Under the pieces are notes generated by a model. That model ran no database searches. It was not told the DNA's origin and worked only from the letters and a program-made list of their open reading frames with translations. The translations under genes and the position numbers were made by a program. Of a stretch of DNA of 64,000 nt, positions 1 to 14,000 are shown piece after piece; position 1 is the first letter of the stretch; every line of letters starts with the position of its first letter. This stretch comes from Marsupella aquatica (taxonomy: Eukaryota; Plantae; Marchantiophyta): the NCBI GenBank assembly GCA_973895155.1, contig OZ316895.1, positions 9,102,184 through 9,166,183 of the forward strand. Reading direction: 5' to 3'.

Positions 1-393
1 AATTTGGTAGCATGTATTGAAAAAACTTTATTTTGACAACTCCTTGTGATAACCATGCTGTCAATTAGCCAAGGGGTCCACGAACTAATTCTGAAGTTTA
101 AGGTCAACCTGTTCTTGCTCCACTTGGTCTAGTCTTTGTATTCACCATTTTGTTGCAGGGTCCTGAGGCAATTGCCACTCATGGGCAAATTGATCAAATA
201 CTGGAACACCTCCACCTGCCAGAGGTGACTCTGGTTCCAGATTGTTAGATTATGTACTAGACATGAGGTGGTCTGCACATCAACTGCCCCAGTCTGAGTG
301 ATAGTGTAGGTGAGTGGGGCAGGGGCAAGGCCAGGTCTCAAGCTTGACTCATGCTGGTAACAGTTTCACTTTTAACACTCATCCCAATGAAAA

Positions 394-690
394 GTGGGGT
401 TCATTTGCACCTTGGATAGATTATGCGGAGACAGGGCAGCAGAAGGGGTGCAGACAACAAAGGGTGCAAACAGCAAAGTAAAGTATGAGATAACTTTTGG
501 AGATCTGCAAAGCTTGGTCACAGGGGAATATTTCCCCAACCAAAACATAAACTTCAGGAGATTCCATGCCATTGGTAAAGTGCTATGGAGGCCTCTACAT
601 GATGAATTCCTGTTCAGATCATGATCCACAGAAATGGGGGTGCATGATCTTCCCCTCCTCCACTCACTCTTTTAACCAAAATAACAAAAT
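394..690 (+). pseudogene. Possible degenerate Ulp1/C48 protease-like fragment (TE-associated)
   Basis: EITFGDLQSLVTGEYFPNQNINF loosely resembles the Ulp1 segment ITxxDLxxLxPGxWLNDxVINFY; the frame then breaks and no catalytic residues are visible. Confidence 0.2.
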
Positions 691-749
691 AATAATAAGA
701 TGTGAGAAACAGATCTCTCTTTGCACATTTCTTTGTAGTTGTCATATGG

Positions 750-1210
750 ACACCAAAACCTATTGAAACATCATATTGACACCAAAACCTATATTGTCAT
801 GTCAATCAAACATCCTTCAGTACCATTCAAGCTTTGAAAAGTTGGAACCACTCCACTTCTCAATCTTCAAATAAACTGCAAACGAGGGCCAAAAGAGAGA
901 AGAAAGCAAAGACCAAACTGATTAGTGCCAGGATATAGGACCTTGCCACCAAAACCCATCCCATTTTAGCCACCCAAACATCGTTCCGTACCATGGAAGC
1001 TTTGACCAGTTGGAAGTACTATCCTACTCTCTACTCAAACCGAGTCGTGCCAGAATAGTCTCTTGCCACCAAAACCGATCCCATCTCGCCTCTCAAAAAC
1101 ATCCTTCCGTACCATTTGAAGCTTTGACTTTGACGACTCGGAGTACTATCCTACTCTCGATTCAAATAAAGTCCGAACGAGGGCCAAGCAAGCAAAAAGC
1201 TAAACGAGTG
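750..1210. repeat. Three degenerate tandem copies of a ~120-160 bp unit upstream of the ARF-GEF
   Basis: Recurring blocks accaaaacc...aaacatc(c/g)ttc(a/c)gtaccat...aagctttga at ~780-860, ~942-1031 and ~1062-1158; caaataaa...aacgagggccaa recurs at ~868 and ~1163. Confidence 0.65.
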
Positions 1211-1313
1211 CCAAACGACTAAACGAGAGAACAAAGAGACGAAGAAGGTGTTAAAACCTCGAGAAAGAGGAGGAGACGCGAAAAAGGAGAAGAACGAGTG
1301 CGAAAAGCGAGAG

Positions 1314-1316
<3 letters not shown>

Positions 1317-1348
<32 letters not shown>
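1317..1348 (+). repeat. (GA)n microsatellite in the ARF-GEF promoter/5' leader (possible BBR/BPC GAGA element)
   Basis: About 15 uninterrupted GA units ~680 bp upstream of the ATG at 2010. Confidence 0.8.
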
Positions 1349-1351
<3 letters not shown>

Positions 1352-2009
1352 GACCGATGGCGAGATTTTAACGTGGAAGGGAACGACAGAAGCGAAGGAC
1401 TGGAGTGGGGCAGGGAAGGTCGTCGTGCTACGAGCAGATGGAACGAAGCATATCTGGGGAGCGATCTTGGAGAAGCAGCGAGCAGTAGATCGGAGCTTCG
1501 CGGACGACGGATCGACTCAGATCCGGTGCAGCTGCACCAACCAACCCTAGCTGAGGAGAGCGAGGATAAAGCAAGGCGAGGCGAGCTCGAGTTTGACGGG
1601 CAGGATCGAACAATTGTAAAGCGTGCTTGGGCACGAACAGGTTGCTCGGGCGGATCCAGAAGCTGGACAGACACGGATCAATTGGAGTCTGGCAGCGAGG
1701 CGAGTCTCAGAGCAGAGACCTTTCCAGAGAGGCCAAGTGTGTGAGATCCGGAGCCCGAGCAAGGTGTTGTTCAATGATCTGGTGATTGTGCCATTCGAAG
1801 AAGGATAACGAGCGAGAATGTGAAGCTTCAATGCCTTCGCGCTTGGCCAAGGCTGTCCGGAGGTTCTGCTGATCTGTCTCTGTTATCTATTTCTCGGGTG
1901 AGGGCGAGAGATCCGTCCTTACGAGGGCGGATTCTAGCCGCGTACGTGAAAATTAGAGTGGAGCTGGAAATGCAGCATCGAGGACCTCGCGTAAGTGTCT
2001 GAAGTCAAA

Positions 2010-5000
2010 ATGGCGGAGGCGGGTGGGGGGTTCGTTACCCGCTCCTTTGAGCGCATGCTCAAGGACGCACCTGGGAAAAAATACATCAATCTTCAGCAGG
2101 CGCTGAAAGCATATCTAGGTTTGTATACCAAAATCATTCTTCCGTTCCTGGATCTGCGCGTATTTGGTTCGAACTCAGCTTCCTAATTGTGAATGAATTG
2201 AAGGAATCTGGGAACTTTATGCACCCTCCACCTGATAGATTCGGAGCAGCTTCTGGTGGACGAAGTCGGATCACGAAGCCCCTGAGATAAGTTTTTGATC
2301 GCAACTGAGTTTGGGCATGTTGTGCACATTCTACAGCATTGCCACCTCTGCATCCGCATTCTGAGAATAGGAGATCAGCTCAGCATATAACCCCAAGTCT
2401 GATCTAAAACTATAATGAGCAAGCAATTTGGCTCTGCACCATGATAGAGACCTCGTATATTTTTATCAGCATTCGCAAAGGCGTCCACTGATGCTACCGG
2501 TTCAAAGTGAATTCTCGACGTGGTGTTTCTCTGTTTGGAGAGAGTTTTTGACGGCCCTTTGAACGAAACTAGAAGTTAAGGATGGTCAAGTGGTCTCTTG
2601 GTCGTTGATTTCGGTCGTTGGGATGAAATGTAGTGTAGCCGGTGGTACACACTCCCAGACAAGGTTGCTGCTTTACTTCCAGATATCAATCAGCATTGTA
2701 TGATTTGGAAGCGCGAGTAATCTCGTTGAACAGTAGGGCATTTCTTTTCGTGGCAGTGCACAATGCTTGAGGTGACGTGAATCAGAGAACCCTACCGTCT
2801 TCATACCTGTCTTGCCGATCAGATCTGCTGGGTCCGGTTACTCGATAAAACAGTCTAAAGGAGCCTATCAGCAGCGTTGGTCCCGAACTTCGTGGCAAGA
2901 TCAATCCAATGCATGGTTTTTTTAGGAAGGAAAGATGATATCAATCTGAAGGCTGAACTTTTAGTGTATATGATCAATTGGAGCCGCCACAATCTGAGAT
3001 CTTTCTTTTCGTGTGCAGACAGAAGTAAAGTTCAAGCAGAGCAGCCCATTCAGCCTCCAGTGGCTGAGTTGGAGCCCGAATCACACACCACAACTGACAG
3101 CACGTGAGTATTGTCCGTGATTTCGTAAAATGATGAGTTCTTAACTGTTTCTGTAGACTGGAGTGTGAAGTTGTGTAGTCCGTGTTTTCCAATCCCATCC
3201 GATGCGTCACTTTGGGTGCAATTTGCAACAAATGGCAAATGATAGAGTGGGCTTTTAACTCGACTCCCTATACTTCCAATGATGGCATTCAAATTGTGTA
3301 ATCGTGGAACCAGGAACCTACTTGTGTTAATGTTCAATTTAAGATGAACCCGGGGCAGAGTATAACACTTTAGATCAGCAATTCTTTCTCTTTATTGATT
3401 CACATGTTTTATACTGCACAATGTGGGTGATGTCCATCGAAGGAATTTCAAGTTCTACCATTTGAAAGGTTGGTATAACAATGAGGGGATAGTTCTTTAC
3501 TCGAACTCAGAATCGATGGCCGTATTCTTGAAATATTAATATGAATCGTTCCTGATGGGTCACCTTTTCAAAAAATTGTCCACTTACAGGCAGATTTTAG
3601 GGACGGAAGCTGGGTACTCAATTCATTTGTTCCATTCATGTCAAATGGATAAAAGTTTTGTGCGGAATAACAGTGTACCCGTTGGTTGTATCTTTTGTCA
3701 AGTAGACCTCATTGTTAGTCACTGTTGAAGTCATTTGCCCACGCAATGCTAAAGCTACGTTTCTCTTAACAAATCTGAGTCATCTCTTGTGGCTGTTCAG
3801 TGAGCCACCTGAAGAAAATGGAGCAGATCCACTTGAGAATGATGGTCTCGCAAAAACACCAATCCATCCAGGCCGGAGACAAAGTACTGGGGAGGGAGCT
3901 GCTGCAACAATGGCAGAAGCGGGACACTCACTTCAAGGATCTGAGTCAGATTTAGTATTACTTCCCTTGAAGCTGGCATTTGATACTCGACAACCTAAGC
4001 TTGTAGAACCTGCACTCGACTGCTTACATGTAAGCCGTTCAGAATGCGGGGAATCTGTCACTCTCTGGCACAATTTGTTATTTTATATCGTTAGAAGAAT
4101 TGTGTTGGACATATCCATCTTCTTGGCGTTTCTTGTATTCGGTCAAAGTTCTGCCAGAGTCTGCTGACAGCCATTGTAAACTGCCTTTAAAACTCTCAAT
4201 CGAATCTCAGTTGATTTGATGAATTGTCTGGGCTTGCAAGGACGCTTCTGTGCCATTGACATGGTCCGGTATCTTCAAAATCTCGCCGTGGTGGGGACTT
4301 TTGAATGATGTGGCTGCAAGCTTTCATTTAAACTTTAATGTTTTTATGTCCGCAGAAACTCATCAGCTATGGGCATTTAGAAGGAGAAGCTGGGCTGGAA
4401 GGTGGTAAGAACGGAGTTACTGTCACAGAGATATTCAATTTGGTTTGTGCTGCAGCAGACAACGCTGCCTCTGATAGGTATGTTTCACTCCACATCTAGT
4501 ATTTCATTGGGAGTCGCTCATGTATGGCTCTTCTGGATATGGCGTTCTTCCTTGGATTCTGTCCTGAGAACTTTCTAGCGTCCTTTAGGCTTGCCTGAGG
4601 AAGTTACTTTTACTGGAGGGATACATTGTTTTTTCGTGCTGTGGCTTAGTGGGAGTGGACTTTGTCCAGCTTATGTCCACATCTCGTTTGTCTCTGGAAT
4701 GGTTAGGATAGCATAGAAGAGTGATTTGTTTTGTCTAAGAAAGTTGTGCGATCCAAGAGGAGCTCCTATGCAAGGCGATGACTTGAGAGAGAATTTACTT
4801 GTGGGGATTGGTGATTGTGATGCAGTGTAGTGTTGCAAGTTATCAAAGTTCTCTTGACAGCTGTTGCATCACCTTCCTTTCAAGGTAATGCTCTGTCGGC
4901 TACTTTGGTGATCAACTTTTTGTTCTGCTAGCCATAATGAGCCTTTGGGAAGGACTGGTTGGAGTGTGGACTGTAAATAGCTCGTTGTTTTGCGATTGGA

Positions 5001-8000
5001 TGCGATTTCCCACGTTTTGTAATAGTTAGTTTAAACGGCAATGAAATGTGTGAGAACAAGAGAAATTCCAAGTACCCTATCAAAGCGAGAAGAACTAACT
5101 TATTAGACCATTTGTGACGAGATGAAGAGCTTAAGGGTTTGGTTCTGAGAGTAGAGCGCGTATTAGAGTTTGTGAAAGTAAGTTAGTTGAGCCCGATGGG
5201 GCCAGGTTATCTGCATGTATGTGATAAAAAGCATATGTCCGCGTGATATTGTAATGGTGCTCGGTCATTGTAAAGAATAATATTCAACAACTTGGATGGG
5301 CTCGACAATAGAAACACTGTCTGATGTCTGCCTAATTTCGTTTTGACAATTTGGTGACCACCGCATTGGAATTTGAGCATAGACAGCTTGCAATAGGTTA
5401 TGATTGAAGAAGTATATCGGGAAGTTCTAAACAATATTTCTACAATTTGATCCATCAATCCGTAGCAGATATGTCTATTAAATCTTTGGTGAGACACAAG
5501 AGTGATGGATGACATGCTTGAATTCCTTAGGGGCAATGAAGAGGTGAAGTCACTGCCAAAGCCTGAGTATAGTGGTGCACATCAACATTCATAACTTCTC
5601 TTGGCCCAAAAGAAGAAAAAAGAAAACGAAAGAAAAAGCTGAAAAATTCAGAAGTTTCCAATGTCTTGTCATCTTTACTTGATCAAGTGAAATGGCTGCA
5701 CATTCTGATGATCGACTCCCAGTTGCTGTCAAGCTCATGAATTTGGCGACCCCTCTTATTCAGACTGTCCTTGATTTGCAGTACATGGAGAATGCCTCTT
5801 GACCTCTATTCGCACATGTTACAACATCGTGGTTAGCAGGTATTTCATAGCTGGCTTGTAAAGTTTCGAAGGTGTACGAAGTTGATCATATTCTGAGCGT
5901 GTTTACAGGATTAGCATCAACTGATAGGTTTTGATGTGAACATAGTTCAGTCTATAGGATTCCCTGCTAAAACTTCTTGGTTTTGTATGTAAAGGACTTC
6001 CTGGGTCTGACACGAGTCACCTGAGACTGCACTAATTCGTTCATGTAAGAGCTCAGCCAATTTGGGATATGTAATGCACTGAGATCTGCTTTTGCAGCAA
6101 AAGTGTCATTAATCAAGCAACAGCTAAAGCGACCCTTACTCAAATGATCAACATTGTCTTCAAGAGAATGGAATCTGAGGCTCAGGTGTGAGCTTCAAAG
6201 GTCCTCACGTGGGAAAAAAATGGCATTACCTTAATGATCTAATGCGGTTGCATGTGTTCTTCCGAAGGTTTGATTACATGATAGTAAACTGTCTTTAGTG
6301 CTTTAGGAGGGGTTATCGGAAGGACATGGCCTTGATTAAGGTCCGAAGCAGTATTGCCTGTGGCTTGTGGTCTGCATGTGGGATCACGAATTTCGCACAA
6401 CTTGGCCTTACAATTGTTTTGAGTTCCGTGAAGTTCTCGGTGGCAGCCTTATTTACAGTTTTATGACATATGATCCCTTGTGACGCCATCTCAGGATTCA
6501 GAGGGCTCGCCAGGCAGTGGACATGCGAGTGCCTCAAATGAAACAAGTTCTGTTGAGACAGAAAAGGCTGAAGGAAACGGCACCGAACCAGGTGCTGTCT
6601 CTTTGGAGGAACTACAGCATTTAGCAGGGGATGCTGACATTAAGGTTTGTTCATGAACGCCACTCTTCACAATGGAATGAACTTATGGTCACTCTGTTAA
6701 TAGTTCTCGGTCCTGTATATGTCTTCACCCAACCTAGGTAACTGTCCTTTCCAGACATATTTGGATTGATGTTGGCATCATTTGTGTAGTCGTCTTCCAT
6801 TCGGCAGGTTTACCTTCACAGGTACACGAACATTGCAAATGAGTAGGATCTTCGGGTTTATTACCATTCTGGGGCGATGTGTTTCTTGACAGACAGGAAT
6901 GACTGAAACTACATGAACAAGAACCTGGTGCAAAAGTTTCCTATTATCACATTGTCTGGTGTAGGGAGATAAATTGAGTGGTACCCGGTGCTCATTAACC
7001 TGTAATACATCTGGATTCCAGGGTCTTGAGGCTGCTCTGGACAAGGCAGTTCATTCTGATGGGACTAAGACTCATGAGTAAGCCTGCTGTACACAAGGAT
7101 TTGTCTATTCTCTTTTGCATTGAATGCCAATAGAAGACTCTGGCCGATTAGATCCTGTTGCCCCGGGTAACATTCGACTTCTTAAGATTGTTGAGAATGT
7201 CTGCATCCCTGAGGAAGACAGTCTTTCTTCCATGAGTGACTAAATTGATTTTGATTTATTTCAGAGGAATGGATTTGGAATCTCTAAATATAGGCCAAAG
7301 AGATGCCCTTCTCGTTTTCAGAACCGTCTGCAAGGTAAGCTTGTTATTACTATGTACTCTTGTGTTTGACGCATCTACAGATATGATAGTAAATTCACAG
7401 AAATACTGCATTCGCGTATGCATAGTTGACATTAAACGGACACGCTAATGTGTTTTTGGCTGGGCAGATTTCCATGAAGGAAGGGTCCGAAGAGATTCTT
7501 CCGAAGATGAAATTGCTCTCCCTAGAACTCCTTCAGGTTAGACAATTGTGCTTCCTCTCTGAGATATGGAATCATCTTTTCACATTTGTTGTCTGCGAAT
7601 ATTGCTGGTCTAGAGGCCGGAGCTGTGGATTACACTGGAAGGTTGGCGTCATGATTGTGCCATGACTTTCGAAAATTTCAAAAGTGTTCTTCTACTTTCT
7701 TGACAGTGCATCATTGGTATGCCGCTAGAGTTTCTTTGTGCTTCTTTGGTTTTTTAGGACTCACCGGAATTGGAATTTTAAACTCCTTTTGTGGTCCAGA
7801 TGTCACTGTTCTAACATCACAAATTTTTCCTTTCGCAGAGCTTGCTTGAGAACGTTGAACATGCCTTCACTGTCAACTTTGCGTTTCTGGATTCTGTGAA
7901 GGCTTATCTATGTTATGCTCTTTTAAGAGCATCCGTCTCAACGGATGCCGCAATTTTTCAGGTTTGTTATTCATGTCAGCTCTTTGGACTACATTGCTTA

Positions 8001-11000
8001 GCTCACTGAACACATTGCTTCTGCTTGGTGACTTTTACGGGGCTACAGTGGAAACGTGAACGACTTTGAAGGACGTCAGGGCTTCTTGTGTTGGCTTCTT
8101 GTGTAAAAGTAAAGTCCCTAGCAACAAGGGACCAGGGACTTTACTTTTACAGCGAACATCATGGCATCGTATAGAGTAAATCTTATTTGAATATGGATTA
8201 AGTTTATATCTACAGATTGGTTCCTTCAATCGCCATGAACAGTTCTGCTCTTCATGGCGATTCAAATTGCACAATAACATTGTTCAGATTTCATCTGCAG
8301 TTTGCTTGTGGCATCTTCACAACATTGCTGCTGCGCTTCAGGGAAAGTCTCAAGGTACTTCTGAGATTATTCAAGTTTTGAAATCTTAACAACCACGGCT
8401 TCCTCGTTATTGAGATGCGTCTGCCCGAAAGGAACATCTATGTATGAATTTAAAGAGTCATCGTATGGTAGACAATTTTATTCTTCGAGGTTGCTCGATA
8501 GACTCCCGTCCTTCCGTCCTTTCGATCAAAGGCTTTCATATCATATAGTCAAGACATCGCAGTGAATGAAAGAGCTTAGATCCTTGAAACGAAGATGGCA
8601 TATATGGGAATACTATACTGAAACGGAACTTTGGAAAGGAGCAGTCAAGGTCAGTTTGAAGCAGTTTCCTTTGAAGAGTCTATTTCTCAGGACACTTCAT
8701 TGTGTTCTCAGGACTCTGCATTGTGAAAGGCTACGTAGTGGGTATAATCTTGAGCTCCAGCTATAAGTGCAATAGTAAGAAAGACGATTACAGTTTCTGG
8801 AGATCAGCCAGCCGCCTTCAAACATCACATAGACACTTGCTTGCACCCAGAAAAAGTAGTCTCGTCTAGTAGGGTCTTTCGCAACTTTTTTCTGCCTTTG
8901 AGTTGATATTAATCTGTACGCTATCTTCGAAGTTACAGGCATGTTACGCTAGGTTAGATATTTCATCCTCGGTCATACATAGATGGAAAAACATTATCTA
9001 TATTATGAATAGGCTTAACTGCCAGATTTAAAGCATTGTGCTTTTCTTTGGTCAGATTCTAAATTGCTTCTTGACCCATTGCAGGGAGAGATTGGAGTGT
9101 TCTTTCCTTTGATAGTCTTGCGGTCCCTGGATGCCACAGATAGCCCTCTTCAGCAGCGGACAGCAGTTCTGAAGTGAGTAAAGAAGAGCCTTAACCTATT
9201 AGTAAGCTACGAGATTAATGGAAATTCGCTCTTTCCTCAGAAGATATAGTTGGTTCTTCACATTGGAGATTTTGCCAGCACAATAAAATTGTCAAGTCTG
9301 CATGTGGGTCTTCCGGCTGATTACCAGTCACATCGCATCTACTTTAGCAGAAATTTGTCGGCTAATTCCTATCAATTCAGTATTTAGTGAGGATTAACGC
9401 TAGTCAAATAAGCTGTAAGATAAAAACTTTAATGCCTGCTTCATTCAGCGGTTAGGACATTCCAGATTTGCAAAGAAACAGTGTAGATGCTTGAAGTTAA
9501 TTCGTGCCGAGATGATTTTCAATATTAGAAAATAAACGCAATGACAGGGTCCTAGCCAGTGAGAATATTTGAAGCGTTGAGATGCACATTCTTTGCTCAT
9601 TTTTCTGTCTTTTAACACCCGATGTGTAACTCAAGGGTTGACATTATTATTCCATTTGTTGTCTAATAACTTTATGATGTTGTTCTCCAGACGTACCCCA
9701 CTCCATTTGATTACCATTCTACTGAGCCATCTGCATAAGTTTTGTCTGTAGCATAGCAGAAACGTCTCCTTTCTGCTTGAACTAAGTCAAAATTGTAGTA
9801 AGTGCAGACCTGTTTTTGACAAGTTGTTCTATGTTCGCTTTATGATTTCCCTCTGCACCATTGCAGAATGTTGGAGAAAGTCTGCAAGGATCCTCAAATG
9901 CTGGCTGATGTGTTTGTAAACTATGACTGTGATCTGGAAGCCACCAACTTATTTGAACGCATGGTGAGCCTTAATCACACTCTTGTTTGGTTGCATCTCT
10001 TCGCTTGCCCGAAAGACTCGTCATGAAGTTGATAGTGTCGTTAAAAAAAATGGTTTCATTGTTGGTAAGTGCGGCGCAATTTCATAGGTATAGCTTACCA
10101 ATGTTACGGGTATGTTTCTTGCTGAAAGGTCAACTCCTTATCAAAGATTGCGCAAGCAACACCAGTCGCTGATCCAAATGCAGTTGTCACGGGCCAAAAT
10201 GCTGCTCTGAAATCCTCATCTCTTCAGGTGACGGCTCACCCACTCCAGCTTTCCAGCTGGTTGACTTGCAATATTAAATAGCATTCCTTTGGCTCAGACA
10301 CCGGCTGGATTTTTCTTTCTAAGGTCGACTCTTTCAAGGGTTGTTTGTATCAGTGAAGGTTCTTCTAATACTTTACTTTTGCGTGTTCACCTCTGCTAAA
10401 CACTCTTTGTACATTTTGGGTGAATGGGTAGCGGGCAGATGTTTTTTGTTCTTCCCCTTCATTTCCCCAGTTACGCAAAAATTGAGTTCAAATTAATATA
10501 AATTTTTGGTGGTGCTCGAGTTCTAACCTTAGATTCTGTCTGGCAGTGCTTGGTGAGTGTCGTAAAGTCGCTAAACGATTACACTGCAAAGCATCAAGAG
10601 GCAAATGTTGCTGCAGTGGCTGCAGTTGAATTGGGCGATGGACCCTCTAGCGCAGATCCAAGTCTAAGTGGTCTCGTTGACAGTGATGAGCCAGAGCAAA
10701 AGGAGTCAAAGGAAGAGACGCAGGCCGATAAGGTTGAGAAGGCCAAGGATTATAAGTCGAAAATGGAGCTTGCTGTTGTTGAGGTAGGTGTATCTTAAAT
10801 AACTCAAAGGTTGGAAAACGGGGTGTCTGTTGAAAAAGAGTTCAGTCTGCCATGGGAGCCACGACCATCTTCTCCGTGCCACAGGATGACTATCTTGAGA
10901 CTGCTGTTCCTGTACAATAACAGTTTCTGAATATTCCCCGTATCCAGCAACCTAAGTTGTGATTCTTGAGTTAGTACTAAGTCAAACGAGGTCAAAGTGG

Positions 11001-14000
11001 ACTATATCCGCAGAAGCCCTAGAGCGGAAGGTTTTCTTGTCAGTGGGTCCCCAATTATTACTCACTTCTCTCGTATGGTTGATGTTGTGCAGTTTAATCA
11101 GAAGCCTTCGAAAGGTATAAACTTCGTGATTGAAAACAAATTGTTTCCTCGAGAACCAGCAGCTATTGCGCAATTCCTGAGGACTCCAGGATTAGACAAG
11201 GTTTGTTCTTGTACTCGGTCTCTTGCAAATAATAAGTATCTCTTCATTGGCTACTGTGTAAACTCAAGTATTTTTGCCTTACAAGGAGACCGAAATGTCA
11301 GACAGATTCCTATTAACCAAACATTTTGGTCTTGCAGACTCTCATTGGTGACTACCTGGGCCAGCATGAGGAGTTTCAAGTTTCGGTCATGCATGCATTC
11401 GTTGACCAGATGCAATTTGCAGGGTCCAAATTTGATTTGGCTATTCGGGAATTTTTGAAAGGATTTCGTCTTCCTGGAGAGGCACAGAAGATTGATCGCA
11501 TCATGGAAAAGTTTGCAGAAAGGTATGGCAGCTCATGGACCGTCATATGAAACAAGTAATGTTGGGTCGTCTGCTGGGATTGGACGAGATAGGAATCTTT
11601 GTTTAAAAGAATAAAATATATATCCACTTATGACGTCATTTTTTACAGAAGTCGATCGTAACAAATTTTAAGTAATCTTTTTCACCTTCTTGTTAAAATA
11701 AAAAAACACCTATGGTTTGCATTCAGTTACAAAAGACCTGACGAGAAGCAGGAAACACATTGATGAAAACGGCTGTCGGAGTCCTGGTAGGTGTAGTTCA
11801 TTGCATTGGTCGTAACAAAGCTGATGGGTATCAACAGGGGAGACTCCTTTGGTTTCGAAAGTGATCTTTTCGATCTTTTTCTCCTTTTATTGTTCAATTA
11901 CTACTTTCTGACAATTTTTTTCATTGTCAGGTATTGTCGAGATAACCCAGATCTCTTCAAGAATGCCGATACTGCATATATCCTGGCCTATGCAGTTATC
12001 ATGCTGAACACCGATGCCCACAATCCTATGGTCTGGCCAAAGATGTCAAAAGCTGACTTTGTCAAAATGAATACCTCTAGCGATGCAGAGGAACATGCTC
12101 CCAAGGAGATGCTCGAAGAGATCTACGACAATATTGTAAAGAAGGAGATTAAATTGAAGGACGAAAATTCGAAGCTAAGCAAGGGCCTTAAGCAAAGGCG
12201 GGATGAAGAAGAAAAAAGTCGATTAGTGAACATTCTCAACATAAATTTTGCAGCAACGAAAGCTGCTACTGACACTAAAAAAGAAAGTGAAGAGATTGTA
12301 AAGCGCACACAAGCTGTGTTTAAAGGTGGAGTGAAGAGAGGTGTTTTCTATAAGGCCATGCATCTGGAGATTGCACGGCCAATGTTAGATGCTGTTGGTT
12401 GGCCTCTTCTAGCAACATTTTCTGTGACTATGGAGAATAGTGACAACAGGTCTCTTGTTCTTCTCTGTATGGAGGGGTTCCGGTTGGGCATTCGCCTGAC
12501 TAGATTTCTTGGTATGGAGACCATGCGCTATGCATTCTTGACGTCATTGGTGAGGTGAGTTTTGAAGTGAGAACTACATGATCTTGAATTTTTTTTTTTA
12601 AAGGCTTATCTTGGAGTTTCTAGTAAAGCAGGGCTGAATGGTTATTTTGTGTGGATTGTGTCATCTCAGATTCACTTTCTTACATGCACCAAAAGAGATG
12701 CGGAGCAAGAATGTGGAATCCTTGAGGACGCTGCTCGCTTTGTGCCAGAATGAGCCGGATTCCTTGCAGGACACATGGAACGCGGTTTTGGAATGTGTCT
12801 CAAGATTAGAGTTCATAACGACATCACCAAACATCACAGTCACTCTCATGTTGGGTTCGAATCAAGTTTCTAGAGACTCTCTTCTTCAATCTCTAGTCGA
12901 ACTGACTGGGAAACCTACCGAGCAGGTTTTTGTAAACAGTGTGAAACTTCCCAGTGATGCCATTGTGGAATTTTTCACTGCGTTATGTGGAGTTTCTGCC
13001 GAGGAGCTGAAACAAGTACCGGCTCGAGTTTTTAGTTTAACAAAGCTTGTGGAAATTAGTTACTATAACATGGCTCGTATCCGTATGGTAAGCACATTCT
13101 CCTGTAAATTATCTTACAAGAGATGCTTTGCCATTTTGATTATTGCCTTGCTATGTTTGGGCCGTTTCTCTTGTAGCATTAGTTTGGCAGCAGAGCATGA
13201 GTATATATTGTCTTTCTGTGGACATGGAGCCGTTTAATAGTAGACCTTAAATTTGGTGAAAAAGAAAATCAAACGTTGACCCCTCGCTTATCTGACAGGT
13301 TTGGGCAAGAATTTGGGCTGTTCTGTCGCTCCATTTTGTTGCAGCGGGGAGTCATCAAGATGAGAAAATAGCTATGTATGCCATAGATTCTCTGAGGCAG
13401 CTTGGCATTAAGTATCTTGAACGAGCAGAGCTTTCCAACTTCACTTTTCAGAATGACATTCTGAAGCCATTTGTTATCCTTATCCGTAATAGCAAAAGTG
13501 CCACAATACGTGCTCTAATCGTGGACTGCATCGTCCAGGTGAGGGAGATGGATGAATTATAACAAATTCCAATTTGTAAGGTTTGATGTTTCAACTATCT
13601 GATATTCTATGCTCTTACTTCTTTGTAAGGTCGATGTCTGCTGATTTTTCTATTCAATGATTCTGACCAGATGATCAAATCAAAAGTTGGTAGCATCAAA
13701 TCTGGCTGGAAAAGTGTTTTCATGGTTTTTACAACTGCGGCATACGATGATACAGAATCAATTGCTGATATTGCATTTGAGAATGTTGAGCAAGGTAACC
13801 GACAGTTTCCTAGCCAGAAGAACAAAAATCATATGTCGTTTATTGGTGATTTTTCCTGCGGTGTTACGAATTTTTTCGCGTCAAGAGTATTGAAGAGTTA
13901 TCAAATATCCAGTGCATGTCCGTGCATATTTTTCAGTGCCAGTGTTCGCGGATAATATACAATGATTCTCATGAATTTTGTGCAGTTATACTCGAGCATT

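Noticed and set aside
1219-1744. ORFs of 100-151 aa on both strands around the GA repeat
   Set aside because: RERERE/SLSLSL content comes from the microsatellite in the BIG5 promoter/leader; no domain signal.
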